Assembly: GCA_017411745.1 (NCBI GenBank)
Contig: JAFQPM010000005.1
Span: 5,145 to 69,144, forward strand
Reading direction: 5' to 3'
Length of the DNA: 64,000 nt
Source: Clostridia bacterium
GTDB taxonomy: Bacteria > Bacillota > Clostridia > Oscillospirales > CAG-272
Below, in pieces: positions 54,968 through 63,990 of the stretch (position 1 is the stretch's first letter; every line of letters starts with the position of its first letter). A model generated the notes under the pieces. The model saw nothing but the letters and a program-made list of their open reading frames with translations. It did not search any database and had not been told where the DNA came from. The position numbers were made by a program, and so were the translations under genes.

Positions 54968-56116
54968 TCAGACTATCTCGTTATATGCTCCAAGTAAGCG
55001 AAGCTGTTCTCCTCGTGCTTCAAGCTCGCAGAGCAACGGCTTTAGCTGATCCGAATAGACCGATAGGGTAAAATCAAAGTAGAACATTGATTCAAAGTCG
55101 CGCTCGGGAATGGGTGTGGACTCGAGCTTGGTCATATTCACCCCTAGGGAATTGAAGCAGGAGAGCACGTGATACAGCGCGCCCGGCTTATTATGGGTTA
55201 CGAGCATTATTGAGAATTTGTCCGCACCCGGATAGATCTCGGGCTCCTTGGAGATGCAGATGAATCTCGTGTAGTTGTTGCCCATGTCCTGAACCGCGCC
55301 TGCGAGTGTATCGAGTCCGTAAAGGTCGGCACAGAAGCGAGAGGAGAGGGCGGCGAGATCCTGTCTGCCCGATTCGGCAACGGCTTTTGCCGCCATCGCG
55401 GTGTTTGCGACGACGGTTATTTTTACGTCTCCAAGACTTTTCAGAAAGCTCTCGCTTTGATTGATCGCTTGCTCGTGTGAGACTATCTCTTTGATATCCG
55501 AGAGCTTTGCGCCGCGGTTTGCGAGCAGACAATGGTCGATCTTGAGTCGGAGCGATCTGACTATATGGAATTTATGCTTTATCATAAGCTCGTAGACCTT
55601 TTTGACCGAGCCTGCGGTGCTGTTTTCGATCGGCAGCACTCCGTAGCGACATTCGCCGTTTTCGATTGCGGTGAATACGCTGTCGAAGGTGGGGCAGTAG
55701 CTTATTGATGGCAGCTCGAAGAGCTTTTCAGCCGCGATCTGCGAATACGCGCCCTCAACGCCCTGACAGGCTACCTTGGCGCGCACGGGGAAGGTCTTTG
55801 CGGTAGATTTGAGTGATTTTTGTATGCCGTCGTATATCTCGGACGAGCCGCCGAGCCTTGTGTGCTGATAGGCGCGCGAGACGTCGAGCATCGTGTGGTA
55901 GAGCGTGCGCGCGTAGCTGTCGAATTCTTCTCCTGCCATATCCGACACGCGACAGAGCAGGGATCTTTCGCGAGCCGCATCAAGCACGGGCAGACCGTGC
56001 TCTCTTTTATATTCGGCAACGCTTGCGGCTATTCCCATACGCTTGCGGAAAAGTGCAACTATTTCTTCGTCGGTTTCGTTTATTTCTTCTCTTAATTTGT
56101 TGAGGTCGAGTTCCAT
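54968..56116 (-). CDS. pheA: Bifunctional chorismate mutase / prephenate dehydratase (P-protein)
   Basis: CM helix LNKLREEINETDEEIVALFRKRM; PDT VACQGVEGAYSQIAA; ACT-like C-terminus. AAGGAG lies 7 nt before ATG 56116. Confidence 0.9.
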   Translation of the reverse strand: MELDLNKLREEINETDEEIVALFRKRMGIAASVAEYKREHGLPVLDAARERSLLCRVSDMAGEEFDSYARTLYHTMLDVSRAYQHTRLGGSSEIYDGIQKSLKSTAKTFPVRAKVACQGVEGAYSQIAAEKLFELPSISYCPTFDSVFTAIENGECRYGVLPIENSTAGSVKKVYELMIKHKFHIVRSLRLKIDHCLLANRGAKLSDIKEIVSHEQAINQSESFLKSLGDVKITVVANTAMAAKAVAESGRQDLAALSSRFCADLYGLDTLAGAVQDMGNNYTRFICISKEPEIYPGADKFSIMLVTHNKPGALYHVLSCFNSLGVNMTKLESTPIPERDFESMFYFDFTLSVYSDQLKPLLCELEARGEQLRLLGAYNEIV

Positions 56117-56129
56117 TTTTTGCTCCTTG

Positions 56130-57209
56130 TTATTTATCAAGCATCATATCGACAAGCGCGATCGCTGCCGCCGCCTCAAATACGGGGACTGCTCGCGGGA
56201 CTACGCAGGGGTCGTGTCTGCCGCTGATCGTCAGCTTGACGTTTTCCTTGCGCGAGAGTGACACGCTATCCTGCTCCTTGCCGATAGAGGGGGTGGGTTT
56301 GAGCGCGGCGCGGAAGATCAGGGGCATTCCGTTTGTCATGCCGCCGAGAATCCCTCCGCAGTTGTTGGTTTTGGTATATATGCGGCTGCCATCGGTCTCG
56401 AACGGGTCGTTATTTTGCGAGCCGAGCAGGGCTGACGAGCCAAATCCGAGTCCGAATTCAATGCCCTTAACGGCAGGAATGCCGAAGACTATCGAGGAGA
56501 TCCTGCCCTCGACTCCGCAAAACATATGCTCTCCCCAGCCGACAGGAAGTCCTATAACCGCACATTCAACGGTGCCGCCGACAGAGTCGCAGTCAAGTCT
56601 GGCTTTTTCGATGGTGTCGCGCATTTTTGCGCCTGCTTCCTCACTTATTGTGGGGAAGATGTGGGAGTGGAGTGCGTCAAGATCGGATTTTGAGACGTTG
56701 ACCTTGTCAAAGCTCTCGTCGGTGACGTTGCCTACGCTTGAAATGTGCGCGGCGATGCTTATGCCTCGCTTTTCAAGCATTTGCAGGCAGATACTGCCCG
56801 CGATGCACATGGGGGCGGTGAGTCTGCCCGAGAAGTGACCGCCTCCGCGCAGGTCGACCTGATCTCCGTATTTCATTCTCGCAGCATAGTCAGCGTGGGA
56901 GGGACGGGGGATATCGACGAGTGAATTGTAGTCGCTCGAATGCTGATTCGTGTTATAGATGACTGCCTCTATTCGCTCGCCCGTGGTTACTCCGTTTTCG
57001 TCGAGTCCCGAGAGAAAGACCGGCTTGTCGGGTTCTTTTCTTTTCGTGGAATAGGGATCCTTGCCCGGCGCGCGACGCGCCATAAAGGCGGCGAGGGCAG
57101 TCATATCCACGGGTTCGCCTGCGGGGATACCGTCAAGTATCATTCCGATCTTTTCGTCGTGCGAGCCGCCGTAGATCTTTAGTTTTAAGTTGATTCCGTA
57201 CGTATTCAT
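56130..57209 (-). CDS. aroC: Chorismate synthase
   Basis: GGSHDEKIG..., RPSHADY, GGGHFSGR, GGILGGMTNG. Confidence 0.95.
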   Translation of the reverse strand: MNTYGINLKLKIYGGSHDEKIGMILDGIPAGEPVDMTALAAFMARRAPGKDPYSTKRKEPDKPVFLSGLDENGVTTGERIEAVIYNTNQHSSDYNSLVDIPRPSHADYAARMKYGDQVDLRGGGHFSGRLTAPMCIAGSICLQMLEKRGISIAAHISSVGNVTDESFDKVNVSKSDLDALHSHIFPTISEEAGAKMRDTIEKARLDCDSVGGTVECAVIGLPVGWGEHMFCGVEGRISSIVFGIPAVKGIEFGLGFGSSALLGSQNNDPFETDGSRIYTKTNNCGGILGGMTNGMPLIFRAALKPTPSIGKEQDSVSLSRKENVKLTISGRHDPCVVPRAVPVFEAAAAIALVDMMLDK

Positions 57210-58447
57210 TCAAAATTCTCCGCAAATGTGGGGTAGGATTTGTTGATCGCTTCAAAGCGCGTTATGGTCACGCTATCCGTAGAGACTAACGAGGCTATGG
57301 CGGCGCTCATAGCGATGCGGTGGTCGTTATATGAGTCGACTGTGCCGCCAAGGAGCGATTTTTTGCCGTTTATTATCATTCCGTCGTCGGTCGCGGTTAT
57401 ATTTGCGCCGAGGGTAGAAAGAGTCGTGCAGACGCTCTCGATTCGGTCGCTTTCTTTAAGTCTGAGTCTGCCTGCGTTGTAGATCTTCGTTTGCCCATCG
57501 GCCACCGAGGCTACGGTTGCGAGGATCGGCACGAGGTCGGGGATCTGCGCGGCATCTATTTCTATTCCGTGCAATTTTGAGGGGTAGACCGTTATTTCGT
57601 TGTCGCCGTGCTTGGTGTGAGCGCCCATTTTTTCAAGGATCGCTACTATTTCGCGGTCACCTTGTATTGATTTTTCGCCGATCCCGCTTACCCTGACCTC
57701 GTTTTGCCCGATTGCGCCTGCGGCGAGAAAGAATGCCGCGTTTGACCAATCTCCGCCGACTGTCAGCTTTTTTGGGGAGTGCAATTTTGCTTGTCCTTCG
57801 ATGGCAAAACGGTTGTTTTCGCTATCGAAGTCGATCTTCGCGCCAAATGCTCGCAGGGCGTCGGTCGTCATCTCTATATAGGGTGCGGATTCGATCTTTC
57901 CTTCGAGTGCAAGGGTGCTTTTGCCGTTTGCGACCGAGAGGGCAAAGAGAAGTCCGCTTATGTACTGTGAGGATATGTTTGCCGCGACGGTGTAATTGCC
58001 TGCGCCGAATTCCCCTTGAATTGTCAAGGGATTTTCTCCTTGCGGGGTGAGCGTGATACCGTTATCTCTCAATATTTCGTAGAGAGGGGAGAGGGGGCGG
58101 CTTGCAAGTCTGCCGCGCATATTGAAGCTACAGTCAGCCCCGAGGCTTGCCGCAAGCGGAAGCATAAAACGGAGCGTTGAGCCTGATTCGTTGCAGTCGA
58201 GGGCTTGATTTTTTGACACCTCGGATATGGGCGTTACGGAAAAGCCGTTTTCAGTGCGCTTAATATCCGCGCCGAGTGAGCACAGGCAGCTTGCGGTCGC
58301 GTCGATGTCGGCGTTCGTGTCGGTGCATATTATTTCGGTCGGGCTATCGGAGAGCGCGGCACAGATCAGATATCTGTGCGCCTCGGATTTAGAGGAGATC
58401 GCTCGAACCTGATTTTTTACTTGGCTGTTTTTAAAGGTCTTGTCCAT
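57206..58447 (-). CDS. aroA: 3-phosphoshikimate 1-carboxyvinyltransferase (EPSP synthase)
   Basis: SSKSEAHRYLICAALS, NESGSTLRFMLP, LKESDRI, DHRIAMSAAIA. Confidence 0.95.
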   Translation of the reverse strand: MDKTFKNSQVKNQVRAISSKSEAHRYLICAALSDSPTEIICTDTNADIDATASCLCSLGADIKRTENGFSVTPISEVSKNQALDCNESGSTLRFMLPLAASLGADCSFNMRGRLASRPLSPLYEILRDNGITLTPQGENPLTIQGEFGAGNYTVAANISSQYISGLLFALSVANGKSTLALEGKIESAPYIEMTTDALRAFGAKIDFDSENNRFAIEGQAKLHSPKKLTVGGDWSNAAFFLAAGAIGQNEVRVSGIGEKSIQGDREIVAILEKMGAHTKHGDNEITVYPSKLHGIEIDAAQIPDLVPILATVASVADGQTKIYNAGRLRLKESDRIESVCTTLSTLGANITATDDGMIINGKKSLLGGTVDSYNDHRIAMSAAIASLVSTDSVTITRFEAINKSYPTFAENFE

Positions 58448-58461
58448 TTTTTTATCCTTTA

Positions 58462-59511
58462 TTAAAGTCCTGCGGCGAAGAAGCCCTCAAGGTCGGTCAC
58501 GGGGATCTTGTGTATCCGAGAGTTGCCGATGCCGAAGGGCACGATGAGATTTATCGTGTCGCCGTTGCGCTTTTTGTCGCGGAGCGCTACCTCGGCAAGC
58601 TCGCTTGCGCTATAAGGACACTCGGTCGGGAGTCCGTATGACTCAAGCATATTTATGATCTGCTTGGTGTCGCCTGCGGGACAGTAGCCGAGCTTTTCTG
58701 CCGCGCGGGAGATGATCGCGGTGCCTATCGCGACCGCGCTTCCGTGCGAGATCTTGAAATGAGAAAGCGTTTCTATCGAATGAGCCGCTGTGTGCCCAAG
58801 GTTCAGAAGCTGGCGCACTCCTTCGTCGCGCTCGTCGGCGTTTACTATGTCGCGTTTGTCGGTCACGCAGGCTTCGATGATATCCTCGATCTGCGGCTGT
58901 ATGGGAGATTTCAGCCTTTCAAAGAGCTGTTTGTCGTTGATTATTCCATATTTGATTACTTCGGCACAGCCGTCTGCGAAGATATCCTCATCGAGTGTGT
59001 CGAGCGTTTTGGGATCGCAAAGGACGAGCGAGGGCTGATAGAACGCTCCCACGAGGTTTTTGCCCGCGGGGATATCTATTGCGGTCTTGCCGCCTACCGA
59101 CGAATCGACCATCGCGAGCAGAGTCGTGGGTATTTGTATAAATCTGATGCCGCGAAGGTAGGTTGCCGCCGCGAAGCCTGCGAGGTCTCCGACGACTCCG
59201 CCGCCGAGAGCGAAGATGCAATCGGTTCTGGTGAGCTGATTTTCCGCCAAAAAGTTAAGGAAACTTAAATATGACTCGGCCGATTTTGATTCTTCGCCCG
59301 CTTTTATCGTAAAGCGGAGGGGAGAATATCCTGCATTTTTGAGCGAATTTTCAAGTCTTTCGGCGTAGAGGGGGGCGACGTTTGAATCGGTGAGAATGGC
59401 TGACTTGCAGGGCTTGATCACCTTTGCCGATTCTGCTCCCGCGCGGTCGAGGATTCCGCTTTCTATGATGACATCGTAAGTGCGTGAGGCTGTTACCGTT
59501 ACTTTTTTCAT
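58462..59511 (-). CDS. aroB: 3-dehydroquinate synthase
   Basis: ALGGGVVGDLAGFAAATYLRGIRFIQIPTTLLAMVDSSVGGKT, HGSAVAIG. Confidence 0.95.
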   Translation of the reverse strand: MKKVTVTASRTYDVIIESGILDRAGAESAKVIKPCKSAILTDSNVAPLYAERLENSLKNAGYSPLRFTIKAGEESKSAESYLSFLNFLAENQLTRTDCIFALGGGVVGDLAGFAAATYLRGIRFIQIPTTLLAMVDSSVGGKTAIDIPAGKNLVGAFYQPSLVLCDPKTLDTLDEDIFADGCAEVIKYGIINDKQLFERLKSPIQPQIEDIIEACVTDKRDIVNADERDEGVRQLLNLGHTAAHSIETLSHFKISHGSAVAIGTAIISRAAEKLGYCPAGDTKQIINMLESYGLPTECPYSASELAEVALRDKKRNGDTINLIVPFGIGNSRIHKIPVTDLEGFFAAGL

Positions 59512-59539
59512 TGTGATACCTGTTTCTTTCGTATCTTTT

Positions 59540-60418
59540 TTAGTCGATGATCTGTTTTGCTTTTTCGGCTTGTCCGTCGATCTGCTCTTTGGCGATGCGT
59601 CCGTCGCGGAGGAGATCTTTCATTTTCGCGCGGTCATTTTCGATAAGCGCGTCGCGATATTCGGAAAGTGAGCTTATTATCTGATCGATCTCGTAGGTGA
59701 GAGCTTTTTTATTTTCGAAAAAGAGCTCCGTCCACATAGTTTCGTTGAGCCAAGCGACTCGGGTGAGGTCCTTATAGCTTCCCGCAGAGAAGCCCTTATG
59801 ATTTTTTGCCGTCGGGCTCTTGACGTACGCGTTGGATACGACGTGGGCAAGCTGGGATGTGAATGCGATCATTCGGTCGTGCTCGACTGCCGTGGTAAAG
59901 GAATACATACCAAATCCCGCGGGTGAGAGCATCTGCGTCAGTTTCACGCGCAGAGGGATATCGCTAAGGTCCTTTGGTACGAAGACCATCGGTGCGCCGT
60001 GGAACATATTTGATCTCGAATATTTGTAGCCCGATTTGTGAGTTCCTGCCATCGGGTGACCGCCGACGAAGGTATATCCGTACTCATCTGCGAGCGCGAA
60101 GCAGGCGTTGCAGATAAGCTCCTTAGTGCCGCAGAGGTCGATCACGTAGGCGTCCTTGCGGATATAGGGAGAGATCTGCTTTACGTATTCTATTGAGGAT
60201 TCGGGATAAAGTCCGACTAAGATGAGATCGCAAAGCGGTACGGTGCTCTCATCGAGCTTGGCGGTCACCGTTCCGTCTGCTATTGCCTCATTCAAGGTCG
60301 ATTCGCTGCGGTTGTAGGCGTATATTTTGAAGTTGAGCCCGCTTTCGTTTGAATATTCTCTGTATGCCTTTGCCATTGAACCACCGATGAGTCCAAGGCC
60401 CACTATTCCTATCGTCAT
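59540..60418 (-). CDS. tyrA: Prephenate dehydrogenase
   Basis: IGIVGLGLIGGSMAKA Rossmann motif; GGHPMAG. Confidence 0.9.
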   Translation of the reverse strand: MTIGIVGLGLIGGSMAKAYREYSNESGLNFKIYAYNRSESTLNEAIADGTVTAKLDESTVPLCDLILVGLYPESSIEYVKQISPYIRKDAYVIDLCGTKELICNACFALADEYGYTFVGGHPMAGTHKSGYKYSRSNMFHGAPMVFVPKDLSDIPLRVKLTQMLSPAGFGMYSFTTAVEHDRMIAFTSQLAHVVSNAYVKSPTAKNHKGFSAGSYKDLTRVAWLNETMWTELFFENKKALTYEIDQIISSLSEYRDALIENDRAKMKDLLRDGRIAKEQIDGQAEKAKQIID

Positions 60419-60507
60419 TTTTTACCTCTTTTGATCTGCCGCCTTGAGTATTGCGGCTTTGGGGTTTTTTACCGTGTGTATTTTGAGAAAATAATACTAC
60501 ATTATAC

Positions 60508-60536
60508 ATTATATCAGAAAGCCCTTGATTTTTCAA
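60508..60536 (-). promoter_or_regulatory. sigma-A promoter of the aromatic amino-acid operon (TTGAAA-17-TATAAT)
   Basis: On the minus strand: TTGAAA (60536-60531), 17-nt spacer, TATAAT (60513-60508). A second TATAAT lies 7 nt downstream. Confidence 0.6.
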
Positions 60537-60543
60537 GGGCTTT
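60518..60543. promoter_or_regulatory. Perfect 11-bp inverted repeat AAAGCCCTTGA-N4-TCAAGGGCTTT overlapping the -35 and spacer (candidate operator)
   Basis: Arms at 60518-60528 and 60533-60543, read directly. Confidence 0.45.
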
Positions 60544-60661
60544 GGCAAACTTTTTGACTTTTACGCAGAGCTTGGATATACGGCTGTGTGTAAGGAGGTC
60601 GGATCGGCGGCTGTTTTTTGCGCCGAATAGCGCTGAAAAGCGACCGCATAGGGATTTGGTA

Positions 60662-60689
60662 TTGACTTTTTTTCGCTCGGGAGTATAAT
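60662..60689 (+). promoter_or_regulatory. sigma-A promoter (TTGACT-16-TATAAT) for the LytTR operon
   Basis: TTGACT at 60662-60667 and TATAAT at 60684-60689. Confidence 0.6.
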
Positions 60690-60808
60690 AAAAGTGCAAG
60701 GCGGCAGAGCCTTGCGGTCGGCTGATCTTGGGCTGAAAATACCGTGTGACGAAAGCGCAGCGCGGCTTTCGGGGGTGCTTTTATGCCCGATGCTCTTTGG
60801 AGGTAAAA

Positions 60809-61240
60809 ATGAAATATAAGATTTACATTGATCGCGAGCGAGAGGAGGAGATCCTGATATACGCTCACGAGAAGAATGCTCTCGTTAATCGCATTGAGGA
60901 GCTCATTCTTGAGCAACAGAGGGATATTCTTGCTTTCGGTGACGGTGAGGTCGTCAAGCTTTGCGAGGATGAGATATTCTGCTTCGTCGTTGAGGAGGGC
61001 AGGGTGTTTGCGCTGACTGACAGTGATAAGCTTCAGCTTAAGATGAGGCTTTATCAGCTTGAAGAACAGTTTTCGGAACGCTTCGTGAAGATCAATCAGT
61101 CCTGTCTTGTAAACGTGGATAAAATTGCTCGGTTTGACGCTTCGATAGGAGGCTCGTTGATGGTCACCTTGAAGAACGGATACAAGGATTATATCTCGCG
61201 CAGACAGATGCGGGCGGTCAAAGATAGGATCGGATTTTGA
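60809..61240 (+). CDS. LytTR-family DNA-binding protein (no receiver domain)
   Basis: ERFVKINQSCLVNVDKIARFDASIGGSLMVTLKNGYKDYISRRQ. GGAGG RBS before ATG 60809, which is internal to the track ORF. Confidence 0.85.
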   Translation: MKYKIYIDREREEEILIYAHEKNALVNRIEELILEQQRDILAFGDGEVVKLCEDEIFCFVVEEGRVFALTDSDKLQLKMRLYQLEEQFSERFVKINQSCLVNVDKIARFDASIGGSLMVTLKNGYKDYISRRQMRAVKDRIGF

Positions 61241-61266
61241 TATTTAGGAAAGGATAGGCATTTATT

Positions 61267-61686
61267 ATGAAAAAGAATTATGTTAAGGAATTTTTGCACC
61301 GAGGATTATTGTTCGGTGGATTTGGTCCGATAATTGCGGGAATCGTATTTTTTATACTGTCGCTTACGCTTGACGACTTTTCTTTGAGTGGGCAAGAGAT
61401 GCTTTTAGCGATAGTTTCGACCTATTTGCTTGCTTTTTTACAGGCGGGGGCGAGCGTTTTCAATCAGATCGAGAGCTGGTCTGTGGCGAGGAGCATGCTT
61501 TGTCATTTTGCGACGATATACTTGGCTTACGTCGCCTGTTATCTGCTGAATTCGTGGATACCCTTTGATATTAAGGTGATCCTGATATTTACGGTGATAT
61601 TCGTGGTTCTTTATCTCGTGATCTGGCTTTCCGTATTCTTTACGGTCAAGACGACGAGCAAAAGGCTTAATGCGAAGGTGAAATAA
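61267..61686 (+). CDS. DUF3021-like 4-TM membrane protein
   Basis: 139 aa with four TM helices and N-terminus FLHRGLLFGGFGPIIAGIVFFIL. This is the usual partner of stand-alone LytTR proteins. Confidence 0.72.
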   Translation: MKKNYVKEFLHRGLLFGGFGPIIAGIVFFILSLTLDDFSLSGQEMLLAIVSTYLLAFLQAGASVFNQIESWSVARSMLCHFATIYLAYVACYLLNSWIPFDIKVILIFTVIFVVLYLVIWLSVFFTVKTTSKRLNAKVK

Positions 61687-61698
61687 CGGCGCCAAAAA

Positions 61699-61732
61699 GG
61701 AGTGCGCGGCTTTTTGTAAAGTCGTGCACTCC
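61699..61732. terminator. Bidirectional terminator
   Basis: ggagtgc (61699-61705) pairs with gcactcc (61725-61731), with an A-run before and cttttc after. Confidence 0.7.
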
Positions 61733-61737
61733 CTTTT

Positions 61738-62592
61738 CTATTTTGCGTTGTTTGTTCGTTTAAATCTTTTTGCATATCCGCATTTGCGGCACAATTCTTC
61801 GCAGGCGCGGCGTCGGGTGAAGCCGTCGTAGATGTTTTTTGCTCGCTCGGAGGCAAGAATACTGTCGAGGTCGTTTTCAAAGAGGTTGCCGAGGGCGAGA
61901 TTTCCGTCGGCGTCGAGGCAGCAGGGAACGACCGTGCCGTCTGACAATACTCCGATCTGATCACGGAGAGCAAAGCAGAATGCGTCGGCATTTTTATCAT
62001 CCTCGGGTACACTTGGGTCGGGCCAATCGAAGTGCTCGCCGTATTCAAGAAAGAGCCTTGGCGCTATTTTGTATCCGTTGTTGCTTCTTACGTTCTCCCA
62101 TTCGTCAGGGAATTTTTTGCGGATCTTTTCGAGAATATGCGAATTGTCGGCATCCGTGCCGAGATTCCAGAGGCGCAGAGCGACGACGCAGCCCTTTTGC
62201 GATGCTTCTTTTGCAAAATTCAGGCAGTTATCGAGGTAGCTTTCGTCGGCAAAGGCGGGGTTAGCGTCGGGTGCGTGGAGCGATATATTTACTTTGTGGG
62301 GAAGGTGATCAAGCAGAAGGCTGCCTTTCGTCCCAAGCAGGGAGCCGTTGGTTGTGAGCATCGGTTTAAATCCCTTGTTTTTTGCTGTTTCGATGAATTG
62401 GGGCAGCAGTGGGTGCAGAGTCGGCTCTCCCATAAGGTGAAAATACAGGTGAGGCGCTTTCCCTTGGATCTTGTCGGTGAGAAGCTCGAATTCTGCCTCG
62501 GACAGAAGCTTATGGGGGCGCTTGGTTTTGTGGCAAAACGAGCAGGAGAGGTTACAGACATTGGTTATTTCAAGATAGATTTTTTTGAGCAT
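61738..62592 (-). CDS. Radical SAM / SPASM-domain protein (stand-alone)
   Basis: CNLSCSFC (CxxxCxxC) at residues 13-20. C-terminal Cys cluster CFALRDQIGVLSDGTVVPCCLD...ACEELCRKCGY. Confidence 0.87.
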   Translation of the reverse strand: MLKKIYLEITNVCNLSCSFCHKTKRPHKLLSEAEFELLTDKIQGKAPHLYFHLMGEPTLHPLLPQFIETAKNKGFKPMLTTNGSLLGTKGSLLLDHLPHKVNISLHAPDANPAFADESYLDNCLNFAKEASQKGCVVALRLWNLGTDADNSHILEKIRKKFPDEWENVRSNNGYKIAPRLFLEYGEHFDWPDPSVPEDDKNADAFCFALRDQIGVLSDGTVVPCCLDADGNLALGNLFENDLDSILASERAKNIYDGFTRRRACEELCRKCGYAKRFKRTNNAK

Positions 62593-62743
62593 TTTTTAAT
62601 CCTTTTAGACTTGATTAATATATTTTACCATAAAAATTGTTCGATTTCAAGTGATTTTATTGTTGACAAGTGTGAATTTATGTGCTACAATATCTATTAT
62701 AGTTGCAAAACTAAATATTTTGGTAATTATAAGGAGAAGTGTT

Positions 62744-63085
62744 ATGAAATATTGTACACACTGCGGAGCTCAGATCGAAGACGATGCTGTGATTTGTGTA
62801 AGCTGCGGAAGAATGGTTGGCGACCCCGTTAAATTTAATCAGCCTGCTGCTGAACCTGCCGGCCCTTCGGCCCTCTCTACTGTTGCGTTTGTATTTATGA
62901 TAATCGGCACGGTTGCGATGGCAATCTCCACCTGCTGCATTGGTCTTGCTTGGTGCTTGCCTATGACTATTTCGTACAACAAGAGCAGAAAGAACGGAAC
63001 TCCCGTAAGCACGGGCTTTAAGGTTTGCTCGCTTCTGTTTGTTAATACTGTTGCGGGTATTTTGATGCTGTGTGATAAGCAGTAA
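62744..63085 (+). CDS. Zinc-ribbon + 2-TM (CD225/dispanin-like) small membrane protein
   Basis: MKYCTHCGAQIEDDAVICVSCG followed by two TM helices. AAGGAG RBS present. The ATG at 62744 is internal to the track ORF. Confidence 0.7.
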   Translation: MKYCTHCGAQIEDDAVICVSCGRMVGDPVKFNQPAAEPAGPSALSTVAFVFMIIGTVAMAISTCCIGLAWCLPMTISYNKSRKNGTPVSTGFKVCSLLFVNTVAGILMLCDKQ

Positions 63086-63130
63086 GCTATCGATAGGATT
63101 TTAAAACTACATATAGAGCATCAATATAAA

Positions 63131-63165
63131 AAGGCATTGAGATTTATGGTCTCAATGCCTTTTTG
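63131..63165 (+). terminator. Rho-independent terminator
   Basis: aaggcattgaga / tctcaatgcctt hairpin followed by ttt. Confidence 0.9.
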
Positions 63166-63450
63166 GGCTTAATTGCGTATTATTTGTTTGCTTCTTCGAT
63201 AGCAACTGCTACTGCAACAGTCATACCAACCATAGGATTGTTTCCTGCGCCGATCAAGCCCATCATCTCTACGCATCAGTCGCTTTAGCAATAGCCTCGG
63301 GGTGGAAAGCTACCGCCCAAAAGCCTTGCCACATAAGCCTTTTTGATATATTTGCATTGCAAGATCTTTATTCGCTGAACACATCGTTTTAAGTTTTGCT
63401 GAATGCATTATATCGTGTTTTGAAGTGTTTGCGAATGATTTTTCAAAAAA

Positions 63451-63990
63451 TTATTCCTCAAGCTTTTTTCTGATCTCCTCGAGTTCTCGTGTCTGCTTGC
63501 GGCTCTCCTGCTCGACGTTGAAATTGTGGCAGATCTGATCACTCTGAGCCTTTGCGATCGCATCTCTGATCACATTATTCATTTGCATTTGATGAATCTC
63601 TTGTTCAAACCTTGCTTTTCTGTTTTCATTATGAACGTCCAACTGGCCAAGAGCCTCCTTCAGAGTATCTGCGCGTCCCGACTCAAGCTGTTTGATCAAA
63701 AATTCCACACTCTGCAGGTTCTTGTCTTCGGAATACAAAATACCATGTTCCGCAATCAACTTGTCGTACTTTGCAAGCTGAAGCTCTGCATCTGCACTCT
63801 CCCTTGCGCATCTGGCGGTAACTCGTTTGCGCTCTTCGTCTGCCGCCGCCTTGGCACGAGCAAGATTTCTCTGGTTCTCCTCTTTATTTTTCGCATCAAA
63901 CTTACGAAGCTCCGCAAGTCTCTTTTTTTGCTTTTTGGTCAAGAATTCGAAGTTAATGTTAGATAAAATTTTATATCCTAAAAATGCCAA
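63451..63990 (-). CDS. Hypothetical coiled-coil protein (N-terminus may lie beyond the window)
   Basis: Lys/Glu/Arg/Gln-rich helical sequence. The first in-window start is TTG at 63990 and the frame stays open to position 64000. Confidence 0.5.
   Translation of the reverse strand: MAFLGYKILSNINFEFLTKKQKKRLAELRKFDAKNKEENQRNLARAKAAADEERKRVTARCARESADAELQLAKYDKLIAEHGILYSEDKNLQSVEFLIKQLESGRADTLKEALGQLDVHNENRKARFEQEIHQMQMNNVIRDAIAKAQSDQICHNFNVEQESRKQTRELEEIRKKLEE

Noticed and set aside
61738-63085. RiPP cluster (rSAM/SPASM plus the nearby small Cys-containing protein)
   Set aside because: The neighbouring 113-aa protein is a zinc-ribbon plus 2-TM membrane protein of a common family. It is transcribed divergently with its own RBS and terminator. 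I saw no leader/core-like peptide, protease or exporter.
63180-63266. 28-codon minus-strand ORF MMGLIGAGNNPMVGMTVAVAVAIEEANK, either a small membrane peptide or a gene remnant
   Set aside because: It has no convincing RBS, and an in-frame TGA lies 4 codons upstream of the ATG. The adjacent upstream frame reads like a frameshifted continuation (..HPEAIAKATDA*). It is probably a decayed C-terminal fragment, and I cannot assign a family by eye.
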